Part shown: positions 47,222 through 56,652 of the stretch, one piece after another
How the letters are laid out: each line of letters begins with the position of its first letter
Position numbering within the stretch: the stretch's first letter is position 1
Made by a program: the position numbers and the translations under genes
Notes under the pieces: generated by a model
The model's input: only the letters and a program-made list of their open reading frames with translations
Database searches by the model: none
Told to the model about the DNA's origin: nothing
Assembly (NCBI GenBank): GCA_019308905.1
Contig: JAFDHF010000015.1
Location: forward strand, 4,978 to 68,977
From: Deltaproteobacteria bacterium
GTDB taxonomy: Bacteria; Desulfobacterota; BSN033; WVXP01
Direction of reading: 5' to 3'
Length of the DNA stretch: 64,000 bases

Positions 47222-48616
47222 ATGGATGAGGCTTTGGAGATGAGCAAGAGAGTTGTGATCATCGGCGGCGGTCCGGGCGGATACCCCGCAGCCCTCTTAC
47301 TGGCGCAAAAAGGAGCGAAGGTTACCCTGATCGAGAGGGATAAGCTCGGGGGAACATGCGTGAACAGGGGGTGTATTCCCACCAAAGTTCTGCTTCATGC
47401 CGCAAATCTGATACGGGAAATCAGAAATGCCCAAGAATTCGGCATCACGGCTCGAGATGTAGGGCTGGACTTCAGCCGGTTGAGGAAGCGTAAGGATCAG
47501 GTAGTCGGCTCCCTCGTAAGTGGCGTCGAAAGACTGTGTGAAGCAAGGAAGATCCGGGTCATCAAAGGGACCGGCTTTTTTGAAACACCCCGGAGAGTCA
47601 GGGTCAGGGAGAGTGGCGAACTAATCGAGGGAGATGCGATTGTCGTTGCCACTGGATCGGTTCCAGCGACAGTACCCATCAAAGGAAGCGATGGTGTCGG
47701 TGTTATTGACAGCAACGAGGCGCTGTCAATCGAGAAGATTCCCCCTTCCATCGTGGTCATCGGGGCAGGGTACATCGGATTGGAGTTTGCCCAGATCTTC
47801 CACGCCTTGGGCTCCGGGGTCACGGTACTCGAGTTGTTGAATCAGGTGCTGCCAAACGAGGACGCCGACGTTTCCGGAGCATTGGCTCGGGCTCTCAACC
47901 AGGAGGGTATCAAGATTCGTACGGGAGCGACCGTAAGGGATATATCGGGGATTGAGGGGCACAAGACCGTTCATTACGCTGTTCAAGGAAAAGATTATTC
48001 CATAGAGACTTCTTGCGTATTGATGGCGGTCGGCCGCCGTTCCAATACCGAAGGGTTGGCTCTGGAAAAAGTCGGTCTTAAAACAGAGAATGGTCGGATC
48101 GTGGTCGATAATCAGATGAAGACAACAGTCCCTGGGATCTACGCGGTCGGTGATGTGACCGGAGGTTCAATGCTGGCCCATGTTGCCACGGCGGAGGGTT
48201 TGACTGCAGCGGAGAACATCCTGGGAAAGTCTCAGCCCATGAACTACACAGCGGTTCCTCGATGCATCTACACTTACCCGGAGGCTGCCTCAGTGGGGAT
48301 GACAGAGAGGGAGGCAAGGGAGGCGTACGGGGAGATTCTGATTGGACGTTTTCCTCTTCAAGCCACGGGAAAGGCCCGAATCCTGGGAGGGTTCGGGTTT
48401 GCAAAATTGATCTCCGAAAAGAAGTATAAAAGAATCGTAGGCGTTCATCTGGTGGGCCCGCGTGTCACCGACTTGATCGCGGAGGCCGGCCTTGCAATGA
48501 ATCTGGAGTGCACGGCTGAAGAGATGGCGTTTACGATGCATCCTCATCCAACCCTCAGTGAAATCCTCATGGAGTCAGCTATGCAGATCGAGGGTTACAG
48601 GATCCACAGTACCTGA
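47222..48616 (+). CDS. lpd: Dihydrolipoyl dehydrogenase E3
   Basis: FAD GGGPGGY fold, redox-active disulfide GGTCVNRGCIPTK, NAD fold (VIGAGYIGLE), and a C-terminal interface domain with the HPHPT motif. Confidence 0.85.
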   Translation: MDEALEMSKRVVIIGGGPGGYPAALLLAQKGAKVTLIERDKLGGTCVNRGCIPTKVLLHAANLIREIRNAQEFGITARDVGLDFSRLRKRKDQVVGSLVSGVERLCEARKIRVIKGTGFFETPRRVRVRESGELIEGDAIVVATGSVPATVPIKGSDGVGVIDSNEALSIEKIPPSIVVIGAGYIGLEFAQIFHALGSGVTVLELLNQVLPNEDADVSGALARALNQEGIKIRTGATVRDISGIEGHKTVHYAVQGKDYSIETSCVLMAVGRRSNTEGLALEKVGLKTENGRIVVDNQMKTTVPGIYAVGDVTGGSMLAHVATAEGLTAAENILGKSQPMNYTAVPRCIYTYPEAASVGMTEREAREAYGEILIGRFPLQATGKARILGGFGFAKLISEKKYKRIVGVHLVGPRVTDLIAEAGLAMNLECTAEEMAFTMHPHPTLSEILMESAMQIEGYRIHST

Positions 48617-48636
48617 CCCCTAAACCTTTGAGGTAG

Positions 48637-49578
48637 ATGGCCGTGATCTTGGGGCTGAGCCACATCGCTCTGACCGTCAGTGAGGTGGATGAATCCGTAA
48701 AGTACTACCAAGAGGCTTTTGGTTTCGACGTATTGAGCGATGCGGAAAGAAAAGGAGAGTGGATCGACAAGATCACCGGAATACCGGGTTTTCATACGCG
48801 AACAGTGTACCTGTCGGTGACACCGTACCAACATCTAGAGTTATTCGGGTTCTACCATCCAGAGGCGATTCCTGCGGAAAAAGAAACCGCCCCGCGGGTT
48901 GGAATCTGTTACGGAATCTTAATAACAGGGCGCCTGGAAAGGTTAGCTGGGCTTACAAAGACTGCAAGAGATCGGCCATCACCTGACGTGATCTTGGATA
49001 TTGGAGAAGAGCCCTATAGAGAATGTGAAGTTGTCACACTGCTCGATCCCAATGGGGTGATCCTGAGAGTCGTCGAGGCGGGCAAGGAGGAGACTGATAG
49101 ACAAGACTCGTCTGAAAGGGCACTGCTATACCCGGCGTTGATTGTTGACAACACGGAATCCTCGGTCAGGTTCTACCGGGACATACTGGGATTAAGAATA
49201 GCCAGCCAAGGAGCTCCTATCCCTGAAAGAGACGGCGTGCAGCCACGCAAGTCTGAGATTCCGGTGCGGTGGGTGTTACTGGAGTCCCCTGCCGGCATCT
49301 GTCTGAAGCTGATTCAACCCCTGAACACAGAAATTCTCCCGGCCCGTCCCTGGCAGATGGAACGCATTGGATTCACCCATGTGGCTTTCGCAGTCAAGAA
49401 CCTCGCAGGATACCAGGCAGAGCTGGCAACGAGAAACGTCAATTTCAAATCTCCTCCGCAATCCGTGACTGTTGGACCCCATAAAGGCGGAAAGGTCGTT
49501 TACCTGACCACACCTGAAGGAATAATCTTGGAATTGATCGATAGCCCTCTTACGCTCGAACAAGCCAGCAAGATCTGA
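48637..49578 (+). CDS. Tandem VOC (glyoxalase/bleomycin-resistance/dioxygenase) domain protein
   Basis: Two VOC-like modules (LSHIALTVSEVDESVKYYQEAFGF and FTHVAFAVKNLAGY). Confidence 0.6.
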   Translation: MAVILGLSHIALTVSEVDESVKYYQEAFGFDVLSDAERKGEWIDKITGIPGFHTRTVYLSVTPYQHLELFGFYHPEAIPAEKETAPRVGICYGILITGRLERLAGLTKTARDRPSPDVILDIGEEPYRECEVVTLLDPNGVILRVVEAGKEETDRQDSSERALLYPALIVDNTESSVRFYRDILGLRIASQGAPIPERDGVQPRKSEIPVRWVLLESPAGICLKLIQPLNTEILPARPWQMERIGFTHVAFAVKNLAGYQAELATRNVNFKSPPQSVTVGPHKGGKVVYLTTPEGIILELIDSPLTLEQASKI

Positions 49579-49732
49579 CCATTTGATCGAGAGACCAAAA
49601 AACGGTCACTCGGAAAGAATCGAGCAGCTAGAGCTAACGGGGGTTCAACCGCTCGTCTCGGTAAGAAAGTCGTTAGACCGGGAAGGGCCGAGAGAGAGCT
49701 ACCCAGGACTCACGAGAAAGGAGGCACCGGCG

Positions 49733-51295
49733 ATGGCTAAAGAGCTTTTGGGAAGAGCGGTCGGGAGCACAAGGCGCGGCATCATACCGCCCACGCTCGA
49801 GGAGTTGAGGAGCATTGCCCAGGAGTACCATATGACAATGAGCATTGAGGACCTGGAGGGCTTTGCCGCGGAAATCGAGGGAACCCTCGCATCATACCGG
49901 AGAGTTGGGCAACTCCCCGAGCCCAGGCCCGAGGTCAAGTACCCACGCGTGCCGGGCTATCGTCCCCCCCGAGACGAGAATCCTCTAAACGCATGGTGTT
50001 GGCGATGCTCCATCAAAGGAGCGTCAAGGGGGAAACTCGCAGGAAAGACGATTGCGATAAAGGACAACGTCTGCGTGGCTGGGGTTCCCATGATGAACGG
50101 CTCTGCCATTTTGGAAGGTTTTGTACCAGACGTGGACGCCACGATTGTGACCCGTATCCTCGATGCAGGCGGGGAGATCATCGGCAAGGCCGTCTGTGAA
50201 GACCTGTGCCTGACCGGTGGATCTCACACTTCGGTGACAGGCCCTGTTCTCAACCCCCATAATCCGAGGTACTCAGCAGGCGGGTCATCGAGCGGGAGCG
50301 CTGTTCTGGTGGTTAACGAAGATTGCGACATGGCTATAGGAGGCGATCAAGGGGGGTCTATCCGTATCCCCAGCGCCCTCTGCGGCGCCTATGGCTTGAA
50401 ACCAACCTATGGACTGGTCCCATACACGGGAATCTTCCCCATCGAGAATACCCTGGATCATACCGGCCCCATGGCCAGGACCGTTGAGGATGTTGCGCTC
50501 CTGTTGGAGGTCATCGCAGGCAGGGACCCGCTCGATCCCCGGCAGCGAGAAGAAATCAAGAAGATATCCTACACAAAGGCACTCACCGGAAGCGTAAGAG
50601 ACCTCTCTTTCGGGGTGGTCCGAGAAGGGTTTGGCTGGCCGGAAGGGTCGGGGCCGGATGTGGACCAGGCTGTCAAGGATGCCGCTTTCAGCTTTGAGAA
50701 GCTGGGAGCGAAGGTGAGGGAGCTTTCCATTCCTCTTCATAGAGATGGGATCCATATCTTTTCCCCCATCTTCGTAGAAGGTGCTGCCGCCCAGATGATC
50801 CGCGGCAACGGATTCGGCACAGGCTGGAAGGGTTACTATCCGACAGGTATGTTGAACTACTATGGAAAATCCCGAAAAATGTTGGCTGATAACTTCTCTA
50901 ATACTGTCAAACTGGTCATTCTCGTTGGCCATTACATGTTGACCCGGTATCACGGTCGATACTATGCCAAGGCCCAGAACCAGGTACGCCTGTTGCGAGA
51001 GGCTTATGACCAGGCCCTCCGGGAGGTGGATTTGCTCGTGATGCCGACGGTTGCTCCGGAGGGCAAGGCATTGCCCCTCGTGGAGAATCCAACGCCCGAG
51101 GAGTACTTCCGATTGGGCTGGAGGCACCACTGGAACTGCGCTCCCTTTAACATAACGGGACACCCGGCTATGAATGTACCGTGCGCAAAGTCAGACGGGC
51201 TTCCCATAGGAATGATGCTCATCGGGCGGCAGTTCGGTGATGCAACCGTACTTCGTGGCGCTCACGCTTTTCAGTCCTTGGGCCGGTACGGGTGA
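49733..51295 (+). CDS. Amidase-signature family amidase
   Basis: AS-family Ser-cisSer-Lys motifs (GGSSSGSAVLV, GGDQGGSIRIPSALCG). AGGAGG RBS before ATG 49733; the alternative TTG at 49583 would add 50 aa. Confidence 0.8.
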   Translation: MAKELLGRAVGSTRRGIIPPTLEELRSIAQEYHMTMSIEDLEGFAAEIEGTLASYRRVGQLPEPRPEVKYPRVPGYRPPRDENPLNAWCWRCSIKGASRGKLAGKTIAIKDNVCVAGVPMMNGSAILEGFVPDVDATIVTRILDAGGEIIGKAVCEDLCLTGGSHTSVTGPVLNPHNPRYSAGGSSSGSAVLVVNEDCDMAIGGDQGGSIRIPSALCGAYGLKPTYGLVPYTGIFPIENTLDHTGPMARTVEDVALLLEVIAGRDPLDPRQREEIKKISYTKALTGSVRDLSFGVVREGFGWPEGSGPDVDQAVKDAAFSFEKLGAKVRELSIPLHRDGIHIFSPIFVEGAAAQMIRGNGFGTGWKGYYPTGMLNYYGKSRKMLADNFSNTVKLVILVGHYMLTRYHGRYYAKAQNQVRLLREAYDQALREVDLLVMPTVAPEGKALPLVENPTPEEYFRLGWRHHWNCAPFNITGHPAMNVPCAKSDGLPIGMMLIGRQFGDATVLRGAHAFQSLGRYG

Positions 51296-51478
51296 CCCTG
51301 GTTTCACCCCAGGCATTGCTCCAGCCGGATTCCCCGGCATCCTTGCCGGGAAGGAATGGCTGCATCAACGTAACCCGGGATGGCAGAGGGCAAAAGAGGC
51401 GAGAAAAAGCTTGACAGCCGACCCGCTACTAGGGTAGCAGTAACTAGCGCCTTCGGATCGATTCAACGAGGGGATTCG

Positions 51479-51925
51479 TTGAAAGAGATCAAGAACATAC
51501 TGGTTCCCATCGACCTTTCGGACATATTGAGCCCCTGTGTGACTTACGGTCTGGAACTGGCACGGAGATTCGGCGCGAGGCTCCACCTGCTCTATGCAGT
51601 CCACGAGCCTGGAGAGGCCTCAGGCTTTTCCACGCCCCACGTGGCCATGGATAGGGTTCATGAAGAGGCCAAGAGACGTGCAGACAGGCAGCTTCGCCTT
51701 TACGCCGCCTCAAACCTGGGAGATTTCTCGGACTTCGTAACAGCCGTGAGAATCGGTTCTCCCCACTCTGTCATCAACCAGTACGCCGACAAGGAGGGCA
51801 TCGATCTCATCGTCATGGGGGTGAAACGCAGGGGAAGGCTCGCCCAGGCCCTCTCCCAAAAGACCACCAACAGGGTCCTGGAGAGCTCGGCCAAGCCCGT
51901 CCTCCGTCTGGTCATCTCAAGTTGA
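51479..51925 (+). CDS. Universal stress protein (UspA family)
   Basis: KNILVPIDLSD...GSPHSVI...DLIVMGVKRRGRL...VLESSAKPVLRL. TTG 51479 is the likely start; the listed ORF extends upstream to 51380. Confidence 0.6.
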   Translation: MKEIKNILVPIDLSDILSPCVTYGLELARRFGARLHLLYAVHEPGEASGFSTPHVAMDRVHEEAKRRADRQLRLYAASNLGDFSDFVTAVRIGSPHSVINQYADKEGIDLIVMGVKRRGRLAQALSQKTTNRVLESSAKPVLRLVISS

Positions 51926-52843
51926 GCCCTCCGGCTCACTCCCATCATGCAGCAGTGCAACATAGCTGCCCAGAGGAACACCGAGTGCTTCACTTATGGG
52001 ACGGCATTTGGCTTTTAGAAGATAGAAGACCTTCTTCTTGAGAGGAAGCTCGCCCAGACATTCGTAATTGGCCTGGCCTTTTGAAAAGACCAGATCACAT
52101 CCCTCGAGTTCTTTACGGAAGACCGCCGAAAGTGAAGGCAGATCCAACAGGGCCCCTGTGCCGGTCGACAGGGCACCGGGAATTTGTGGCAGCAAACCGT
52201 TTCTTTCGAGGTCAGCCCAGGTCAGATCATTGATAAAGGGGTTCTTTTTCACCCCGTAAACGACTCTCACTCCGAGAGAGGTGATTTTTTCCAGCAGAGG
52301 AATATCGAAGAACACCTCTCCAGCGTTATCCGCGAGAAAGAGGACGGTTCCATTTGCCGGCGAGCAGAGCAGAGCTCTGGTCCTCTCGATATGGTCGACG
52401 GCAAAGCTCAGGTGCCTGCCCTGCTCTTTGACCAGTGTGGCCTCGAGGTCCCGGACATCACGAAAAAAATCGAGGTTATTGCCCAACACGGCCAGTTCAA
52501 CACAGGATCTGAAATCATCCCCGTACAAGGGCCTGACTCTCTTGAAAATCTCCTCTGCCGCTGCCATCTCCTTCTGTCTGATATCCTCATAGGGATCTGA
52601 GTCGCCCGTCAGGCGAGCAACCTCCTCAAGTAGACGCGTGGCGAGCCACGGCGGGCACTTGTCCGGGCGAAAGGCTTCATGGAGCACGGCTAGCCCACGG
52701 CGCTTCACTTCGTCATTCAAAGCAGCATCCCGGCCGAGGTTTCTCGAAACCTGATCGAGTATCCTGGCCAGACAGGAAATGCAGTCTCTATGGAGTTTCA
52801 CAAAGGCTCTCCAATCCAGCACGGTCCGGCGGAAACCGTGCAC
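51917..52843 (-). CDS. DUF89 / ARMT1-like family protein (damage-control phosphatase family)
   Basis: 308-aa protein with DUF89-like conserved blocks (LFLADNAGEVFFD..., ...KGQANYE). Confidence 0.65.
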   Translation of the reverse strand: MHGFRRTVLDWRAFVKLHRDCISCLARILDQVSRNLGRDAALNDEVKRRGLAVLHEAFRPDKCPPWLATRLLEEVARLTGDSDPYEDIRQKEMAAAEEIFKRVRPLYGDDFRSCVELAVLGNNLDFFRDVRDLEATLVKEQGRHLSFAVDHIERTRALLCSPANGTVLFLADNAGEVFFDIPLLEKITSLGVRVVYGVKKNPFINDLTWADLERNGLLPQIPGALSTGTGALLDLPSLSAVFRKELEGCDLVFSKGQANYECLGELPLKKKVFYLLKAKCRPISEALGVPLGSYVALLHDGSEPEGST

Positions 52844-52920
52844 TCGGAACAGTCCTCGAGCGAACCTCGACGTCTAAGGAGAGGAGCGGAACCGTTGTTC
52901 TCCCTGGGTAGGGTACACCC

Positions 52921-54450
52921 CTATTTGCCGGGAACGGCCGACCGATGGATCAGCCTGCAGATGGGCTCGGCACCCGTAAGGAGTTCCGAGTAGATCGGTA
53001 TCATCTCCTGATAGACCGCGGTCTGCGCCGCGTTCGGCCTCCAATCCTCGTCTGCGACTACAAAACGCCTGATTGCGTCACCAGGACTCGAGATGGCCCC
53101 AACACCCAGTCCTGCTAGAAAGGCCGAACCAATGACCCCGCATTCTGAAGTCCTCAGGTTCTGATAGGGGAGATTCAACACACTGCTCTTGATCTGGTTC
53201 CACACAGGACTCCGGCTTCCACCTCCCACGCCCCGTACGGTGACCACCTTCAACTCCGGGTAGAGTCTTGCCACCTGGTTGAGATAGGTGGCATACTCGT
53301 AGGCAATCCCTTCCAGGATCGAACGGTAGAAGTGGGCCTTTTTGTGAGAAAAGCCAAAACCCTGCCAGAACCCCCGGTACTCCGGCGCCCCGGGGCAAGC
53401 CCTGCCCGCCAGATGAGGGAGAAAGAATAGACCCTCAGATCCCGCAGGGACCTCTTCGGCCTGCCGGTTGAGGGTTTCGAGATCTTCTTCCTGGCCCTGG
53501 AAATTCTCCCTGAACCAGTCGAGGCACATGCCGCCCCCGTTGATGTACGCATATGCGTAGTAGATGCCCGAGAACGCGGATCGTGATGTCATCAGCGTGC
53601 GGCTTAGGGTATCAGGCCTGAACGAGTCTACGCAGATGGAAAAGACCGAGGCCGTCCCGGCCACGTCAAACGCCTGGCCGGGCTCGATGACTCCGGCCCC
53701 TGTCATACTCGCGATGGTGTCTCCGCATCCGGCGATGATAGGAGTGCCTTCCAGAAGTCCGGTTTGGCGTGCAAACTCCCCGGACACAGTTCCGATCTGT
53801 TTCGTGGGGGATACAATCCGCGGGAGTTTCTCCACGGGGAAGGAGAAGACACCCGTCAGATCGGTATTCCACTCGGCCCTGTCCGTTCGCGCAAATCCCG
53901 AGAAATGCAGGTAGGTGTAATCGATAAATGCGCCCTCTCCGCTCAGACCCGCAAGCCGCCCCGCGACATAAGCCGACGGCTGGATGAACTTAAAGATCTT
54001 CTCGAACACGTCGGGATGCTCCTCTTTCCACCACAACATCTTGGGGCCGTGATTGATGCTCGGATAGCAACCCGTACTGGCCAATATCTCATCGCCGGCC
54101 CGCTCGGCCATCAACTGGACGTAAGGGGCGCACCTCGTGTCCAGCCAGGAATCATAGGGCGTGACCGGACGGAAGTCTCGATCGATGCCCAAAATCCCTG
54201 CCATCTGGCCGTCAAAGCCGATTCCAAGTATGGTTTCAGGTCTCACTCCGCTTCTCTCGAGCACCCTTTTGATGGTCTTCACGACAGAGGAGACCATCTC
54301 ATCCGGGTCCTGTTCCATGTGGTCTTTGGCGCGCGATATGAGCTTTGAAGGCTCACTCTCAACACCGAGCAGAGCGCCGGATAGGCTAACAATGCCGGCC
54401 CTGGTAGAGGTCGTGCCAACATCAACCCCGATCAGATTTCGGTCTTCCAT
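52921..54450 (-). CDS. FGGY-family carbohydrate kinase (xylulokinase/ribulokinase/glycerol-kinase-like)
   Basis: N-terminal IGVDVGTTSTRAGI, a central DVAGTAS-type motif, and a C-terminal GGGSRSPVWNQI. Confidence 0.8.
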   Translation of the reverse strand: MEDRNLIGVDVGTTSTRAGIVSLSGALLGVESEPSKLISRAKDHMEQDPDEMVSSVVKTIKRVLERSGVRPETILGIGFDGQMAGILGIDRDFRPVTPYDSWLDTRCAPYVQLMAERAGDEILASTGCYPSINHGPKMLWWKEEHPDVFEKIFKFIQPSAYVAGRLAGLSGEGAFIDYTYLHFSGFARTDRAEWNTDLTGVFSFPVEKLPRIVSPTKQIGTVSGEFARQTGLLEGTPIIAGCGDTIASMTGAGVIEPGQAFDVAGTASVFSICVDSFRPDTLSRTLMTSRSAFSGIYYAYAYINGGGMCLDWFRENFQGQEEDLETLNRQAEEVPAGSEGLFFLPHLAGRACPGAPEYRGFWQGFGFSHKKAHFYRSILEGIAYEYATYLNQVARLYPELKVVTVRGVGGGSRSPVWNQIKSSVLNLPYQNLRTSECGVIGSAFLAGLGVGAISSPGDAIRRFVVADEDWRPNAAQTAVYQEMIPIYSELLTGAEPICRLIHRSAVPGK

Positions 54451-54514
54451 TCCGGACTCTCCTCCGTCTACGGCCTGCGATCCCTGTCGCCGTGAGTTCC
54501 CTGTCGAGTCGGTC

Positions 54515-55564
54515 TCATCCGTGGGGTTTCAGAACTATTTTCATTGCATTTCCACTCAGGGCCTCCTCAAAAGCCTCATCGGCCCTGGAAAGGGGGTACT
54601 CTGCCGAGACGACCCTCATCAGGTCGACCCTTCTTGAAGCCAGGAGTTTCAGCCCGGTTCTGTAGTCGGAATTGGAGCCTCCGCTTACTCCGGTAACAAT
54701 CAGGTTCCGATAGTGGATGAGATTGGAGTTGACGGTGATCTTGGGCCGCTCAGGGGGGAGCCCTCCAAAAAAACAGATCCGCCCGAAACGGGCAGCCAAT
54801 TCGACAGACTCCTCCTGGACCGAATGGACCGGACAAGCCGTGATAATAACGTCCGCCCCCTGTCCACGTGTCAGGTCTAAGACGGCCTCCTTGAGGTCGC
54901 GCACCTGCGGATTCATCACATGGTCGGCTCCCAGTTGCCTTGCCTTCCCAAGCTTCTCATCGATCAAATCCGAAACCATCACGACACCGGCACCGGTAAG
55001 CCTGACCAGCATGAGGTGAAGAAGCCCGATGGGACCCGCCCCAAGAATCAAGACCGCATCCCCCAGGGCGATCCGGCAGGCCGTGACGCCGTTGATGACA
55101 CACGAGAGGGGTTCGTTCAAGGCGGCTTGCTCGAAGGGAACCCCGTCGGGCAGAACCATCACATTTCCCTGAGAAACCGCAGGGCCCGGTATCTTGACGA
55201 ACTCGGCATGGGAACCGTCCAGGTTGATGCCAAAGGCCGAATAATCCGGGCACATGTTGGCGCGCCCCTTGATGCACTGGTCGCAGTGGCCGCACCCGAT
55301 GTTCGGGGCTACCCCGACCCTCTCACCAACATGATAGTTCTTGACCCGTTTGCCCACAGCCTCAATCGTCCCGGAAAACTCATGGCCTAGAACGATCTTC
55401 TGTCCTGGTTTGAGCTTGTGATGGCCATGCCGTAGAATCCTGAGATCCGTACCACAGATGCTGGACGCCCGGACTCTTACCAGTATTTCGTCTTCTCCGA
55501 TCTCGGGAACGGGGATATCCTCTAACCGGAGCTTCCCGCCTTGAGTGTATGTTGCAGCTAGCAT
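54515..55564 (-). CDS. Zinc-dependent medium-chain alcohol/polyol dehydrogenase (sorbitol/threonine-DH-like)
   Basis: GHEFSG catalytic-Zn motif, structural-Zn CxxC...C (CGHCDQCIKGRANMC), and a GAGPIG NAD fold. Confidence 0.85.
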   Translation of the reverse strand: MLAATYTQGGKLRLEDIPVPEIGEDEILVRVRASSICGTDLRILRHGHHKLKPGQKIVLGHEFSGTIEAVGKRVKNYHVGERVGVAPNIGCGHCDQCIKGRANMCPDYSAFGINLDGSHAEFVKIPGPAVSQGNVMVLPDGVPFEQAALNEPLSCVINGVTACRIALGDAVLILGAGPIGLLHLMLVRLTGAGVVMVSDLIDEKLGKARQLGADHVMNPQVRDLKEAVLDLTRGQGADVIITACPVHSVQEESVELAARFGRICFFGGLPPERPKITVNSNLIHYRNLIVTGVSGGSNSDYRTGLKLLASRRVDLMRVVSAEYPLSRADEAFEEALSGNAMKIVLKPHG

Positions 55565-56631
55565 TCCATGTCCTTGACTTGACCGAGTCTCACGGGCCGA
55601 CCGGTCCGAATCGACTCGTTGGCGGCAATCACCGCCTCAACGGCCTTGATCCCGTCCTCTCCGGTCACGGCTGGCTCGCCATCCTTCACTATGGCTTCCA
55701 CAAAGTGCTCCATCTCCGCGAGGTACGCATCCTTGAACCGATCCCGCCAGCTTCTGAAAGCGGACCCAATGGACGTTCCATCTCTTCTAACCCAGGTCAT
55801 ACCCGACTCCTTGAAATCGCCAACCAGAAGCAGACCATGCTCGCACAGAATCTCCACACGCGCATCATAACCGTAACCTGCCGGGCAGGTTCCGTCGATA
55901 GAGCCGAGAGTACCGTCCTTGAGACGAAAATTGACGACGGCGTTGTCATAGAAACCGGGGTAATCCTTTCTCAGGCTATCACACTTGAAGTTTTCGGCCA
56001 GGGCATACACCTGATCGTAGTCACTTCCGACCAGCCACCTGACCGTATCGAAATCGTGGCTGTTGACCTCGGCCAACATCCCATTGCTTTGGGATAGATC
56101 ATAGGTCCAGGCGGGAGGAAGCCCGGGTCCCCTCCCTGTCGACTTGATAATCATGACCCGCCCCAACTCACCGGACTCTATGATCTCCTTTGCCCTAACA
56201 AAGGCCGGGTCAAACCGCCGCATGAAGCCCAATTGGAGTTTGACCCCGTTGTCTTTCACCGCAGCGTTTATGGCGGCGCACTCGTCCACCGTGATGGCCA
56301 TGGGCTTCTCCAACATGATATGTTTGCCCTGTTCGGCCGCATAACAGGCAATCTCGGCATGGGTAAATGTTGGGGTCACCACGACGACTGCATCAATGTC
56401 TTTCCCGCTCAACGCTTCCCTGTAGTCCGCATGTCTGCCGGTCACACCGAGGGCTTCACCACTCTCTTTCAGGGACCTTTCGTTTGAATCCACCAGAGCC
56501 ACCAACTCTGCATTCTTGATCCGACGGGTGATGTTGATCCCGTGGACCATCCCAGCCCGTCCTGTTCCCACCAGGCAGAAACGCACTCTGTCCATCTCTC
56601 TCTGACTCCCTCCCACTGGCGACTTCGGCAC
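55558..56631 (-). CDS. Gfo/Idh/MocA-family NAD(P)-dependent oxidoreductase
   Basis: N-terminal Rossmann fold (RFCLVGTGRAGMVH) and the family's C-terminal domain. Confidence 0.8.
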   Translation of the reverse strand: MPKSPVGGSQREMDRVRFCLVGTGRAGMVHGINITRRIKNAELVALVDSNERSLKESGEALGVTGRHADYREALSGKDIDAVVVVTPTFTHAEIACYAAEQGKHIMLEKPMAITVDECAAINAAVKDNGVKLQLGFMRRFDPAFVRAKEIIESGELGRVMIIKSTGRGPGLPPAWTYDLSQSNGMLAEVNSHDFDTVRWLVGSDYDQVYALAENFKCDSLRKDYPGFYDNAVVNFRLKDGTLGSIDGTCPAGYGYDARVEILCEHGLLLVGDFKESGMTWVRRDGTSIGSAFRSWRDRFKDAYLAEMEHFVEAIVKDGEPAVTGEDGIKAVEAVIAANESIRTGRPVRLGQVKDMEC

Positions 56632-56652
56632 GAGGACCGGAAGCGCTGTTCC

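Noticed and set aside
34400-49600. Integrase, transposase or tRNA-flanked direct repeats that would make the lower-GC island a classical genomic island
   Set aside because: None found. All ORFs in and around the island were accounted for by metabolic or transport functions.
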